Assembly (NCBI GenBank): GCA_030612005.1
Contig: JAUWOU010000002.1
Location: 915-64,914 of the forward strand
Source: Candidatus Thorarchaeota archaeon
GTDB lineage: Archaea; Asgardarchaeota; Thorarchaeia; Thorarchaeales; Thorarchaeaceae
DNA length: 64,000 bases
Direction of reading: 5' to 3'
Below are positions 48,652-58,081 of this stretch, piece after piece. Position numbers and translations under genes: made by a program. Under the pieces are notes generated by a model. The model searched no databases, had not been told where the DNA came from, and saw only the letters and a list, made by a program, of their open reading frames with translations. Each line of letters begins with the position of its first letter. Within the stretch, counting starts at the first letter, position 1.

Positions 48652-49485
48652 TCACTCATCCTGAAGAACAGCTTCAACTATACGAACTGCCATTTTCGTT
48701 TCTTTGATATCGTGTGTACGTATCACTTTGGCACCATTATAGACTGCAATAGCTGTGGCTGCTAGGGATCCATTGAGTCTTTCTGCAGGGTCTTTCTGTT
48801 TTAGTAGACTGCCTATGAAGGCTTTTCTGGACACTCCAACTAACAAAGGTTGATTGAAACGAGTGAACTGTTGCAAGCTTCCTAATATCTCGAAATCTAC
48901 TTCAGCTGGTTTTCCAAATCCTATTCCAGGATCCAAGAGTATTTTTTCTTGTCCTATTCCTGATTTGATTGCTATTGTATAACTGGCTTCTAGTGAACTT
49001 ATGGCTGAATAAATACTCTCACAGGGAGTTCCGCAGTTTGCCATAATCACTATAGGGACATCTCTAGAACTTACGAGATTCGCCATCTTTGGATCAGCAC
49101 GTAATCCCGAGATATCATTGACCATTGCTACCCCCATATCAAGAGCCACCTCTGCCACCTTAGATGAAACAGTGTCAATTGATATCGGTAGATTAGTCGA
49201 ATTTGTGATATCTCCGAGTACCTTCGTGAGACGCTTCAGTTCCTCTCGCTCTGAAATCTCAGATGTACCATAGACATTCTTTGGGGCAGTTGATGCTGCA
49301 CCAACATCAATGATATCGGCGCCATCTTTCTCCATTTTGTCAATGATTTGTCGAATTTTCGATTTATCCGTAGCAACGGTTCCTTTGTAGAATGATTCAG
49401 GTGATAGATTGAAGATACCCATAAGACGAACCGGATAACCATCTCCAATACGAAGTCCATCTACGTCAACTTTGTACTTTACCAA
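48652..49485 (-). CDS. folP: Dihydropteroate synthase
   Basis: MGIFNLSPESFYKG, GADIIDVGAASTAP and MVNDISG match pterin-binding blocks. Confidence 0.8.
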   Translation of the reverse strand: MVKYKVDVDGLRIGDGYPVRLMGIFNLSPESFYKGTVATDKSKIRQIIDKMEKDGADIIDVGAASTAPKNVYGTSEISEREELKRLTKVLGDITNSTNLPISIDTVSSKVAEVALDMGVAMVNDISGLRADPKMANLVSSRDVPIVIMANCGTPCESIYSAISSLEASYTIAIKSGIGQEKILLDPGIGFGKPAEVDFEILGSLQQFTRFNQPLLVGVSRKAFIGSLLKQKDPAERLNGSLAATAIAVYNGAKVIRTHDIKETKMAVRIVEAVLQDE

Positions 49486-49570
49486 GGAGTATGCCTCAAT
49501 AGTAGACTAAATGGAAGGACATAAAATGTAGTCGATTTAGCGTCGCATCAAGTCAAGACGGTGATTTTCG

Positions 49571-49735
49571 ATGAATGACAGGCTTGAAAGAACTCAGCTC
49601 TATGATTGGCATAAAGAACATGGTGACGTTATCCCGTTTGCTGGTTGGGAGATGCCAGTACGGTATACAACCATCAGAGAAGAGCACATGGCTGTCAGGG
49701 ATAGTTGTGGTGCTTTCGACGTCAGTCATTTCATT
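49571..49735 (+). pseudogene. Fragment homologous to the first ~54 codons of aminomethyltransferase GcvT; similarity is lost thereafter
   Basis: [54 protein letters not shown] versus the intact gcvT at 58082 ([49 protein letters not shown]). The rest of the 92-aa ORF is unrelated. Confidence 0.65.
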
Positions 49736-50679
49736 TTTGCTTCTCTGAGCATTGTACGTATCGATCCGCTACGAAGTGCTATTGAATGTTCTAACCACAA
49801 TTTTTCTGATATCTCTCCCGAAGAAAAACCACAACTACTTAATTCATGAACAAGTTTTCGTGTACCATCGGGTCTTTTCTTATTATGTCCTGTTAGAGAC
49901 AACATGGCAACAATTTGTGATAATTGGTGTTGCCGACCAGTCGCATACCTGAACATTGGAAATTCATGCATTTTTTTAATTGAGTCCTTTTTAAGAACTT
50001 CAACTCTTATTTTAGAATTTACAGGTTCAATTCCCATACATCTAAGTAAACTCTCAAGGAAATTTGTATTAACCTTGGAGGTTATTCCCACCTTTTGACT
50101 TTTGAATGAAGCATGACCATCACCATCACAGACACCCTGTAAGAACGCAACCTGCCAACTATGAGGTATTGAATGAATCCAATTTGCTTCTATCGGTGTT
50201 TCGTTTTCGATGGTTTCATGATAGAAAACCCAGTTCTCTTTCTTTCGCCACTTACACTCTATTACAGCACGAATCTGGATTTGGGGATGTTTTTCCAAAC
50301 CTAACTTCTCGCTTTTTGATGCAAGAAGATCTATCGTGCGATATACTGGCTCCTTCTGTCCTTCCCACTCTTTTCGAATTTCTTCTACCCAACTTGACTC
50401 TTCTTTTGGAATTTGTAAATCCCAATATGTTCCATGAATACTTGAAAACCACCCTCTCTTCTGGAACTGTAAATACGCCTGAAGCTCCAGTTCTAGCCCT
50501 CTTTCTCTTAGCTCTTTGAGGACGTTTTCAGTATGTTCGCGATTATCAGCGGTAGTGGAGTTCTCTTTTGACACAAATATCTCCCCATTTAACTGAGGTA
50601 TTACTGATTGTATTAACTTATGTCTAATTGTGTCTAGCCAACTATGGTCTTCTCTTTTCGTACGTATGATTCTTTGCAT
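49726..50679 (-). CDS. Hypothetical nuclease-like protein with one LAGLIDADG-like motif and a possible PD-(D/E)xK-like block
   Basis: [13 protein letters not shown] is LAGLIDADG-like. TIDLL...IRAVIECKW has PD-(D/E)xK-like D...ExK spacing. Both are motif-level only. Confidence 0.4.
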   Translation of the reverse strand: MQRIIRTKREDHSWLDTIRHKLIQSVIPQLNGEIFVSKENSTTADNREHTENVLKELRERGLELELQAYLQFQKRGWFSSIHGTYWDLQIPKEESSWVEEIRKEWEGQKEPVYRTIDLLASKSEKLGLEKHPQIQIRAVIECKWRKKENWVFYHETIENETPIEANWIHSIPHSWQVAFLQGVCDGDGHASFKSQKVGITSKVNTNFLESLLRCMGIEPVNSKIRVEVLKKDSIKKMHEFPMFRYATGRQHQLSQIVAMLSLTGHNKKRPDGTRKLVHELSSCGFSSGEISEKLWLEHSIALRSGSIRTMLREAKMK

Positions 50680-50997
50680 TACTCATGTTAGTTTGAAGGG
50701 CTTTGCACAGTTCTCTCGTTGAAGGAGCTGGATGAGTGGTTGACCTTCACCACAGCTGAAGGTTGGATTGGAGAAACCTACTTCGCAGATGCTATCATTC
50801 TGAATCCCCATGGTTGATAACCACTTTCAATGAGTGCAATTCAGATTCTGGATTCGCACTCTTTTTTCTTTTCAACGTCTTAGTATCAGTAAGCACCACA
50901 ATCTCTATCTTTCACCTACTGAAATATGAACATGAGGTATTCGTAATTTGAGGACATTCATTATTTTGCAAAAAACACCAGAATACGAAATACCCGT

Positions 50998-51192
50998 TCA
51001 GCTTTTTCTTGACATGAGTATAACTGATAGTATTATGAGTATGAATCCCCCTATAAAGAGGAAATATGGTAGAATACGTGACCAAATGCTAATTGTCACG
51101 AAATCGATTAGCGGGCCGCTGAAACCTGCCATTATGACTAGTATGACTCCGAGAATGAACAAGCTGATTGTCGGAATAGAAACGCGCCCCAT
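50998..51192 (-). CDS. Small membrane protein (64 aa, 2 TM). The alternative + strand ORF 50948..51205 is the less likely reading.
   Basis: Two clean hydrophobic helices with an RKS tail. Confidence 0.3.
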   Translation of the reverse strand: MGRVSIPTISLFILGVILVIMAGFSGPLIDFVTISIWSRILPYFLFIGGFILIILSVILMSRKS

Positions 51193-51282
51193 TTTAATTA
51201 CCTAGACATGGTACGAGCTCCCAGTCTATTAAACAAAACGGATGCCGATGCGAATCTTGACCAACTATGACTGTGAGGACAA

Positions 51283-51320
51283 AAAAAGGGTGAGTCCAAA
51301 AAAAACACTCACCCCTTTCA
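51283..51320 (-). terminator. Hairpin plus oligo-T intrinsic-terminator-like element just downstream of the protease-like gene
   Basis: Minus strand reads GGGTGAGT-GTTTTTTTTG-GACTCACCC followed by TTTTTTTGTCC. This is an 8-bp perfect stem and a T7 run. Confidence 0.45.
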
Positions 51321-51337
51321 AACACTAATAACTCCTT

Positions 51338-52981
51338 TCACAACGTCCTTCTCTGCAAAAAGTGGTAGAAGCAATACCATCCTTCACCGGCTGAGGTAGA
51401 CATTATACACTCGGGAGTGTCACAATAGTCTTCCGGCCCCCAAAAGGGAACGGAGATGTAGATGTGATGACCATATTCATGCCATATCACATAATTCATG
51501 TGACAGTGGTCGGCGTTGATTGCGATGCCATAGTTATAAATCCTGATACCATAGATATGCAAAGCATAGAGGTAACCTGCATAATCCGGATCTAAGCTCT
51601 CAACATAGATCACATACTCCCACTTTGCTTGTCCGATATGATCAAAGTAGTCTAGGTAATACGAGTAGTGTTCAGAAAGTGTAGTCTCCGAGTCTACTGG
51701 TAAGTCTTGTGATGTGGTGTAGGTCACATAATGATAGGAATGTGTTTTATAGTAAGCATTCATTGAAGTAATCTGAGATGCTAATGTCGTGATTGGAGTG
51801 TTTAGCATATAGTCAACCTCAAGGTTCCAACCAACGTGAGTCACGCATAACTGTTTAATTCTCTTTGCATAATCAATGTCAGGCATATACCTAAATACAA
51901 GTTTCAGTTTTCGATGAACATTATCCGTGTGCTCTCCAAGATACACCTGATATGATCCAGGACAGCTAATCCAACCTTTGAAGCTATATGTACCACCAGA
52001 ATTTTCAAAATAGACATATACTGACCGCCTTGTCGTGTCTGCAACATTCTCTGTTTGGATATTTAGTAACGTGTACTCACCTGCTAGAACATCGAACTCC
52101 ATTACACAATGTGTTTGTCCGGTTCTAGGAGTCAGCTCATTCATGGGATAGGGAAAACCATTGCTATCCATTGGTGGAGTCTGCTGATCACCGTTGGGCC
52201 CAGTTCCGTTTCCAACCCATCCATAAAGGAGTTTCCAACCTTGGTCAACATATCCACAATAGTTAATCGATATCTCTACTCTATGTCTGGTCAAGCTATT
52301 ATCTATCTTTGAAGCAGGAACGTATACTGAAGTCTTGAAGCCAAGCGAGGTTATAACACTCTGTTGTACAAAATTGTTGTCGAACCAGAAAGTCAAAAAT
52401 CTACTATAGGAATCCTGATCACGTACTATCCAAGCCCAAATATATAGATTGTCAGTAATCGGCGTATCAATCTCAATATCAAATGATAGGGTAGAATAAC
52501 TCTTCTTGGGCCACCATCTACCTTCCATAACTGGTGCTGTTGGCAAAGCTGGAAAATCATCACGAGTCGAGAGCAAAGGTTGCCATGGCCATCCTGAATC
52601 ATCTAGACTCTTAGTAGAAGCATCGCTTACCGATAATTCATCGCCTGGGTATATCTGGGGTGCACAATCAGTGCCATTAGAATCATCAGATATCTGACTT
52701 GGTGTTGTGTAGACATGTGATTCGGGCTCTGAGTACAAATCATCCATAGACTTGTATTCGATTAGCGCTGCCTGTTCTTGGGTCAATGGATTGTCCCAGT
52801 GTGTATTCAGAAACAATGCAGCATTGGGATCTAGGTCGGGTGAGTCCGATGCTGTTTTCACAGTTGGTTGTTGTAGGATTACTCCTCTATCAATAAGTCC
52901 TAATGGTGACAGCCCTATCACTGTAGTAGACGTAGTGAAGGACAGAATCACGATAAGGACAATAACCTTTTTTCTTATCAT
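51338..52981 (-). CDS. Secreted protein with an N-terminal signal/TM segment and a C-terminal HEXXH zinc-metalloprotease-like motif
   Basis: N-terminus MIRKKVIVLIVILSFTTSTTVIG. C-terminal VIWHEYGHHIY (H-E-x-x-H). Confidence 0.45.
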   Translation of the reverse strand: MIRKKVIVLIVILSFTTSTTVIGLSPLGLIDRGVILQQPTVKTASDSPDLDPNAALFLNTHWDNPLTQEQAALIEYKSMDDLYSEPESHVYTTPSQISDDSNGTDCAPQIYPGDELSVSDASTKSLDDSGWPWQPLLSTRDDFPALPTAPVMEGRWWPKKSYSTLSFDIEIDTPITDNLYIWAWIVRDQDSYSRFLTFWFDNNFVQQSVITSLGFKTSVYVPASKIDNSLTRHRVEISINYCGYVDQGWKLLYGWVGNGTGPNGDQQTPPMDSNGFPYPMNELTPRTGQTHCVMEFDVLAGEYTLLNIQTENVADTTRRSVYVYFENSGGTYSFKGWISCPGSYQVYLGEHTDNVHRKLKLVFRYMPDIDYAKRIKQLCVTHVGWNLEVDYMLNTPITTLASQITSMNAYYKTHSYHYVTYTTSQDLPVDSETTLSEHYSYYLDYFDHIGQAKWEYVIYVESLDPDYAGYLYALHIYGIRIYNYGIAINADHCHMNYVIWHEYGHHIYISVPFWGPEDYCDTPECIMSTSAGEGWYCFYHFLQRRTL

Positions 52982-53136
52982 ATCTTTCTCCTGAGAGATT
53001 AATTCCTATGATGACTATAAGTGCAAGTCATCAAAATTCTGAAACTCCCTCCCCTTATGTTGCAATACTTTGATATAACTCCTTTGAAGAGCGGCAGCTC
53101 AAGAGCTAGTATTATAACTGAAGTTCAAATGAGTTT

Positions 53137-53589
53137 GTGAGGGGTCATCATTTGAAAGATATCCAGATTCTAGAAGACTTGAAAGGGAAGACCCTTGCAA
53201 TATACTTCTTTCTTCTTGGACAGACTGAACCAATTTCGGGGAGGGAAATCCAGAGGAGAATGGGAATCTCAAGTCCGAGTCTAGCGCTATACCATCTGAA
53301 AAAGCTTGAAGAGCTCGAATTGGTCGGGATGAGCCAGACTGGGGGATTTCAGGTCACAAGATACATTAGAGTCGGGATCCTGCGATTCTTCATTGGAATG
53401 GGTAGGTTTTATCTCCCTCGTTATGTGTTCTACTCTCTCTTTGCCATATCATATCTTGTCGGAGCGTTGTGGGCTTTTGGATGGAATCTAACGCCTCATT
53501 TCATATTGTTTATTCTTTATATATCGTTTTCAATATTCATTTTCTCGTATGAAGCCGTGAGTGTTTGGAGGAGCAGGCCGAGTATATAG
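53137..53589 (+). CDS. Membrane-associated winged-HTH regulator (N-terminal wHTH plus 2-3 TM helices)
   Basis: GREIQRRMGISSPSLALYHLKKLEELELV is wHTH-like. Followed by hydrophobic helices. Confidence 0.45.
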   Translation: MRGHHLKDIQILEDLKGKTLAIYFFLLGQTEPISGREIQRRMGISSPSLALYHLKKLEELELVGMSQTGGFQVTRYIRVGILRFFIGMGRFYLPRYVFYSLFAISYLVGALWAFGWNLTPHFILFILYISFSIFIFSYEAVSVWRSRPSI

Positions 53590-53708
53590 CTTCACCCTGG
53601 CTTGAGTGTTCTAGCTCTAAGATTAGCTCGCCATAATGTATGGAAGCTCTAATGATAGGATTAAGTACAAACATGTCTATTGTTTAATCTGGATATCAGT
53701 TGTGAGAA

Positions 53709-54899
53709 GTGAGAACATTGCATAAAAGAGAATTTTCAGCTACCCTTGTACTGATTATTGTGACTTCAATGATTTGTGGATTCACTGTTCCCTTGTTAGT
53801 GAATTCGGCAACAAGGACGAATTCTGCAGTCATTCCAGAACCTGGAGTTGAAATCCCTAACACTGTTTTCGCCTCACTATCAACAGACGAAATCGATTCA
53901 GCTATTATCATTGGAAACTGGTCAGAATCAGGATTAACCGGGAGATACCACCTAGACCTTCCAAACCCGTCGATTACTGAGGAAGAGGGGAAGATCATTG
54001 CTCTCACATTCGTCGATGATGATTTGAGAGCCTTTCTGGATGAAGATCCAGAGAATCCAAAAACAAACCGTATGAATGAGTGGAGATATGTCTTTTTCAA
54101 TGGAACAAGACTTGAAAACGGAATATATGACTACGAAGCATACGTATGCATAACTCTGAACTCGATGACTGGGAGAGTCATCGGATGTTATGAGGTGCTC
54201 TCAAAGGAGTTTCTTGCCTTATTATATTCCGGAAGAAGCTACTGTCCACTGAAAAATGAAACTGAAGCACAATACATGGGGCGCGACTACCTCTTAGAAC
54301 ACAACTATACACTGCCCTACAACACTTATCTACTGGATACTAGGATAGAGATGTTTCACTACGAATCCGCTCCTGGTGAACCAGAGAATGTGACACGACC
54401 TATGTACATCATTGAGCTTGGGATTGCTAGAAACAGAGTTCTTCCAGGCCGTATGCACCAAGGCCTCTTAATCCAAATTGACGGAGTAACAGGTCGTGTG
54501 TTTCGCTTCGAGTACCGTGCGCTTCAACTTCCTGAAGTTTCTCTAGCCAACCTCGTTTCCATTTCGACTGCGAGGACAGTTGCCCACGAGTACGTTCTGA
54601 ATGACAACAAAGAACGAGCCGTTTATTTGCGGCTCGTTCACAGTTTCTGGGTTCAGTTGGATTATGAACTAGCATGGGCTTTTGCGTATGAATTGAATCT
54701 GTCATCCGGAGTGTCTGTGGAGGAATTCTATGTAAATGCCAGAAGTGGAACAAGCTTCTATCCAGAACCCCTGTTTAGTGGAGGAATCTCCTTGGGTTCT
54801 AATCCGTTTATAGGAATCGTTCTAGTACTATTTGCTTCCACGATTGTCGGAGTTACAGGATACTCCGTCACAATGAAGAAAATCAGAAGAGGATCATAG
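53709..54899 (+). CDS. Secreted or surface protein with a signal peptide and a C-terminal TM anchor with a KKIRRGS tail
   Basis: N-terminus SATLVLIIVTSMICGFTVPLLVNSA. C-terminus IGIVLVLFASTIVGVTGYSVTMKKIRRGS. Confidence 0.45.
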   Translation: MRTLHKREFSATLVLIIVTSMICGFTVPLLVNSATRTNSAVIPEPGVEIPNTVFASLSTDEIDSAIIIGNWSESGLTGRYHLDLPNPSITEEEGKIIALTFVDDDLRAFLDEDPENPKTNRMNEWRYVFFNGTRLENGIYDYEAYVCITLNSMTGRVIGCYEVLSKEFLALLYSGRSYCPLKNETEAQYMGRDYLLEHNYTLPYNTYLLDTRIEMFHYESAPGEPENVTRPMYIIELGIARNRVLPGRMHQGLLIQIDGVTGRVFRFEYRALQLPEVSLANLVSISTARTVAHEYVLNDNKERAVYLRLVHSFWVQLDYELAWAFAYELNLSSGVSVEEFYVNARSGTSFYPEPLFSGGISLGSNPFIGIVLVLFASTIVGVTGYSVTMKKIRRGS

Positions 54900-55205
54900 A
54901 TAGAACTCATCTTAGTACCTATGAGTGGGCTGTTAAGAAGTGCCAAGGGTTCAAGAAAGAAGGCGTCAAATCAGTGGATAAGATGTTTGGTTGGCAGATT
55001 ATGACCATTGTCTTTTCTATCACTTTGGGCCTATATGGAGGTTCAATCCCTAGCGACTTCTCTAGCCAGCTTCTTGTAGGTTTGGGTGTCCCCGCCATCA
55101 CAATTAGTGCTGTGATTCCTACACTTCGAAAAGAGGGAAAGGCTTGGTTGAGAAACAGGACAATTGTACACAACTTTTGCAATGGGTTTCTATTATTATC
55201 TATTC

Positions 55206-55946
55206 TTACATATTATCAAGAAAGAATGACAATGGTAGTGTCGTAGCCATCATTTTCCTGCTTGGTCTATTTTCCTGTTCTTTTCTGAGAGGATACTGTG
55301 GGTGCTTGATCAGGTTGTAAATGAGCCTCTCCTTAGTTTCTTCCACGTAGACATGGACCTGCGCTGAGTGTTTGAGACCCTGTCCTGCTGCTGGATTGTA
55401 CCTATACCTTTGCGAAGAACTCCCAGTGATGATGGTCACGATGTTGTGCTTCAGAGTGAAGGTCATCAGTCGATGAGCCATGTGGGTCAGGTGTTGCTTT
55501 CCCTCTGCCTTCACTCCCTCTCCATAATAGATGTCGGCGAGACCTGGAAGGAGCAAGAGCCTAGCAGGAACGCGCTCGAAGAAGGAGTCCAACTGGTTCA
55601 TCACAACATCATAGGTCTGGCTGGAATTGAAAGCCCTTGTTACGAAGATGTTGTCCATGACCGTTTCAGGTTCAAGTCCGTGCTCGAAGGACCAGTGAGT
55701 GAGAGTTTCGATTCTGAGCATGTTCTCTGAGTCGATGAGGATGGAAGGGATATTCATGCCACCCTTCTCTGGTGGGAGTTGGGCGTGGACTGCGACTCGG
55801 TGAAGGCATTCGCGGATGGTGCGTGACCCATAGAGCAGGTAGGTAAGCCCCATCTCCAGCCCACCACCAAGTAGGGAATCCAGTGGTTTGATACCTGTCT
55901 GGAGGACCTCGCGCTTGGTTAGTTTGTCTGCGGTTTGGAAGGACAT
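55206..55946 (-). CDS. RadA/KaiC-like RecA-fold protein with a degenerate P-loop. The ORF extends to 56045, but the likely start is MSFQTADKL at 55946.
   Basis: TGIKPLDSLLGGGLEMGLTYLLYGSRTIRECL has the RecA-family N-terminal layout, but Walker A G-x4-GK[TS] is replaced by YGSRTIRE. Confidence 0.5.
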   Translation of the reverse strand: MSFQTADKLTKREVLQTGIKPLDSLLGGGLEMGLTYLLYGSRTIRECLHRVAVHAQLPPEKGGMNIPSILIDSENMLRIETLTHWSFEHGLEPETVMDNIFVTRAFNSSQTYDVVMNQLDSFFERVPARLLLLPGLADIYYGEGVKAEGKQHLTHMAHRLMTFTLKHNIVTIITGSSSQRYRYNPAAGQGLKHSAQVHVYVEETKERLIYNLIKHPQYPLRKEQENRPSRKMMATTLPLSFFLDNM

Positions 55947-56081
55947 CTCACTCGGAAGTGGTATGGTGGTCGAGGACCTATAAACGACTATAGAAAGTAT
56001 TTCTATCATTGATATCGAAATACATAACTGGGTATATTCGAACAATCCAATGTAATTCGTTATGCTGTAGGATGGGTTTCA

Positions 56082-57617
56082 GTGATAGAAGATGGAGAAA
56101 TAGCAATATTCTGGGATATTGAAAATTGTCCTCCTCCAAGCAAAATGAGAGGAATTGCTGTAGAGAAACAGCTTCGGAAAGCACTTCGACAGTATGGCAG
56201 AATCTATCAGGTCAATGCTTATGCTGAGATGACTAAAATTCCTGAAAAACTTCGCATGGAACTTCAGAGGTCTGGTGTCCATTTGATTGACACACCTCAT
56301 GTCAAGGAGAAAGAAGTCGCTGACTTTATGATAATTACTGATATGTACGTGTTTGCCCATAAGAATGAGCCTCCACAACGGGTAGCCCTCATCTCTGGTG
56401 ATTCTGGTTATGCCTATAGTCTCGCAAAATTAAGACAACTCGACTATGAAGTGGTTCTCATAGTACCACCGTCTGGAGTTTCTTCCATCCTTCGTGAGCA
56501 GGCTGATATCATTCTTGAATGGAATGAGATAATGGATATTCAGGAAGCTGTGCTTGAGGACACAGAATTGAGATATGAGCCGTTACTCAAGGTTATCGAA
56601 GATCTTAACGAAATGGGTGTTGATGAGCCGACGTTATCTGAGATAGAACAACTTCTCTCAACTAAATATCCAACATGGAGTAAAACATCAGGTTATGAAA
56701 CAATATCAGAGTACATCGAGAGTGCTGAGTCTAGCGGTCTGGTAGTGAAATATTCCAAGGACACAATATCGCGCCTACGAATAACGGAAGATGAGAGTGA
56801 AGACATCGATTATACTACATCGGATTCAAACAGATTCAAACCGCTCAGAACAGCTCTTGCACAACTTGGAGACAAGGATAATCATGAACCTGAACTGGCT
56901 ATCATTGGAGTGATTCTCCGAACTCTAATGACAGATCCCCTTGAGAAGTTGGGAGTTTCCCGATTGAAGGACTATGTTATGGAGGCAGAAGAAGCAGGAA
57001 TTGTGAATGTTCGTCAAGACGGACTTCAGTACTATGTAACCCTAAAGGCTGAAGGTCCTGAAGATAAACTCACCTTCGAAGAGAAAGAGACACTTGATCT
57101 CTTCGAGCTTGCTTTGGACTCTCTAAAGGAGGAATTGATTATGCCAACTCCTAGAACTATCGTTGGTCGTATGAGTGCACTTCGGCCACAATGGAGTCTA
57201 GCTCGCTCAACCTACACTGATGAATCCCACTTGCTGTCTGAGGCTCAGAAAAATCGAAGTATCATTACAAAAGCAGTAGGTTCGTCATTGGTGATATTCC
57301 CAAGCACAGGTGAATTTGATTACATAGACGTTACGGATTCTACCAATCCATATACTCCTAATCAATGGATTGCATTCTATGATTACTTGCTCGCGAACAA
57401 AGACAAATGGGTAAAGGGACGCTATGCATATGCATGGAGAATCAGAAATTCTGAAATTGAGGAACTGAAGGATTTGAAATTGGGACATCTTATCCATATG
57501 GTCCAGATTGCTATCAATGAAGCATCACTTGGGAAGAGAATGGGTAGTTGGGATTCTTTCACGCCTGTGGAAAATAACGTCCTAATTATGAGAAAACACT
57601 ATCTCTCGAAAAAGTAG
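56082..57617 (+). CDS. NYN-domain (LabA/Limkain-b1-type PIN-like nuclease) protein with 2-3 C-terminal OST-HTH/LOTUS-like repeats
   Basis: N-terminus IAIFWDIENCPP...VHLIDTPHVKEKEVADFMIITDMY...VALISGDSGYAYSLAKLRQLDYEVVLI matches conserved NYN acidic blocks. C-terminal ~70-aa winged-helix-like repeats (LSEIEQLLSTKYPTWSKTSGYETISEYIESAESSGLVVK; ELAIIGVILRTLMTDPLEKLGVSRLKDYVMEAEEAGIVNVR). Confidence 0.6.
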   Translation: MIEDGEIAIFWDIENCPPPSKMRGIAVEKQLRKALRQYGRIYQVNAYAEMTKIPEKLRMELQRSGVHLIDTPHVKEKEVADFMIITDMYVFAHKNEPPQRVALISGDSGYAYSLAKLRQLDYEVVLIVPPSGVSSILREQADIILEWNEIMDIQEAVLEDTELRYEPLLKVIEDLNEMGVDEPTLSEIEQLLSTKYPTWSKTSGYETISEYIESAESSGLVVKYSKDTISRLRITEDESEDIDYTTSDSNRFKPLRTALAQLGDKDNHEPELAIIGVILRTLMTDPLEKLGVSRLKDYVMEAEEAGIVNVRQDGLQYYVTLKAEGPEDKLTFEEKETLDLFELALDSLKEELIMPTPRTIVGRMSALRPQWSLARSTYTDESHLLSEAQKNRSIITKAVGSSLVIFPSTGEFDYIDVTDSTNPYTPNQWIAFYDYLLANKDKWVKGRYAYAWRIRNSEIEELKDLKLGHLIHMVQIAINEASLGKRMGSWDSFTPVENNVLIMRKHYLSKK

Positions 57618-58081
57618 AGTACAGATGTAAGTTCATCAACACTACTCATCCAATCACTTCCTCAACCTTCCTCCCATGCAATTTCCTGCATGACTTGGAT
57701 ATACACCTCAAGATGTGGCAATCTGCATTCAGCATAACTCCCCTCGAAACTTCACGTAGAATAGTGTATGCCACGTTATTTACACCAATCACTCAGAATT
57801 GACAGAAATATTCAAGTTCTCAGTGTCATCTGTGTACCAAGTTCACCAATACTTTGAGCATTACATACCTAGATATCTATATTTAATCACAGTGTTCGTA
57901 TAATTCTCCGAGTGTGGAGCAAAAGGGTAACAAGTTTGGTTGTACATCAGACTTCGTGATGCTCAATATCACACAATATGGTCCCATACATCCACTATCT
58001 ATTTCTATGATTATTAGCGAAGGTTTTTTTGGATGTATTTTCCCCAATCGAATGGATTGAAGAGCACTCAATTCTTCAGGT

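Noticed and set aside
49736-49849. The full 92-aa ORF 49571..49849 as a short functional GcvT paralog
   Set aside because: Similarity to GcvT stops after 54 residues, the remainder is unrelated, and it overlaps the convergent 49726..50679 gene. This fits a gene fragment.
50948-51205. + strand 85-aa ORF
   Set aside because: It overlaps the minus-strand 64-aa ORF, which has two clean TM helices. Neither is strongly supported, so the membrane-peptide reading was kept at low confidence.
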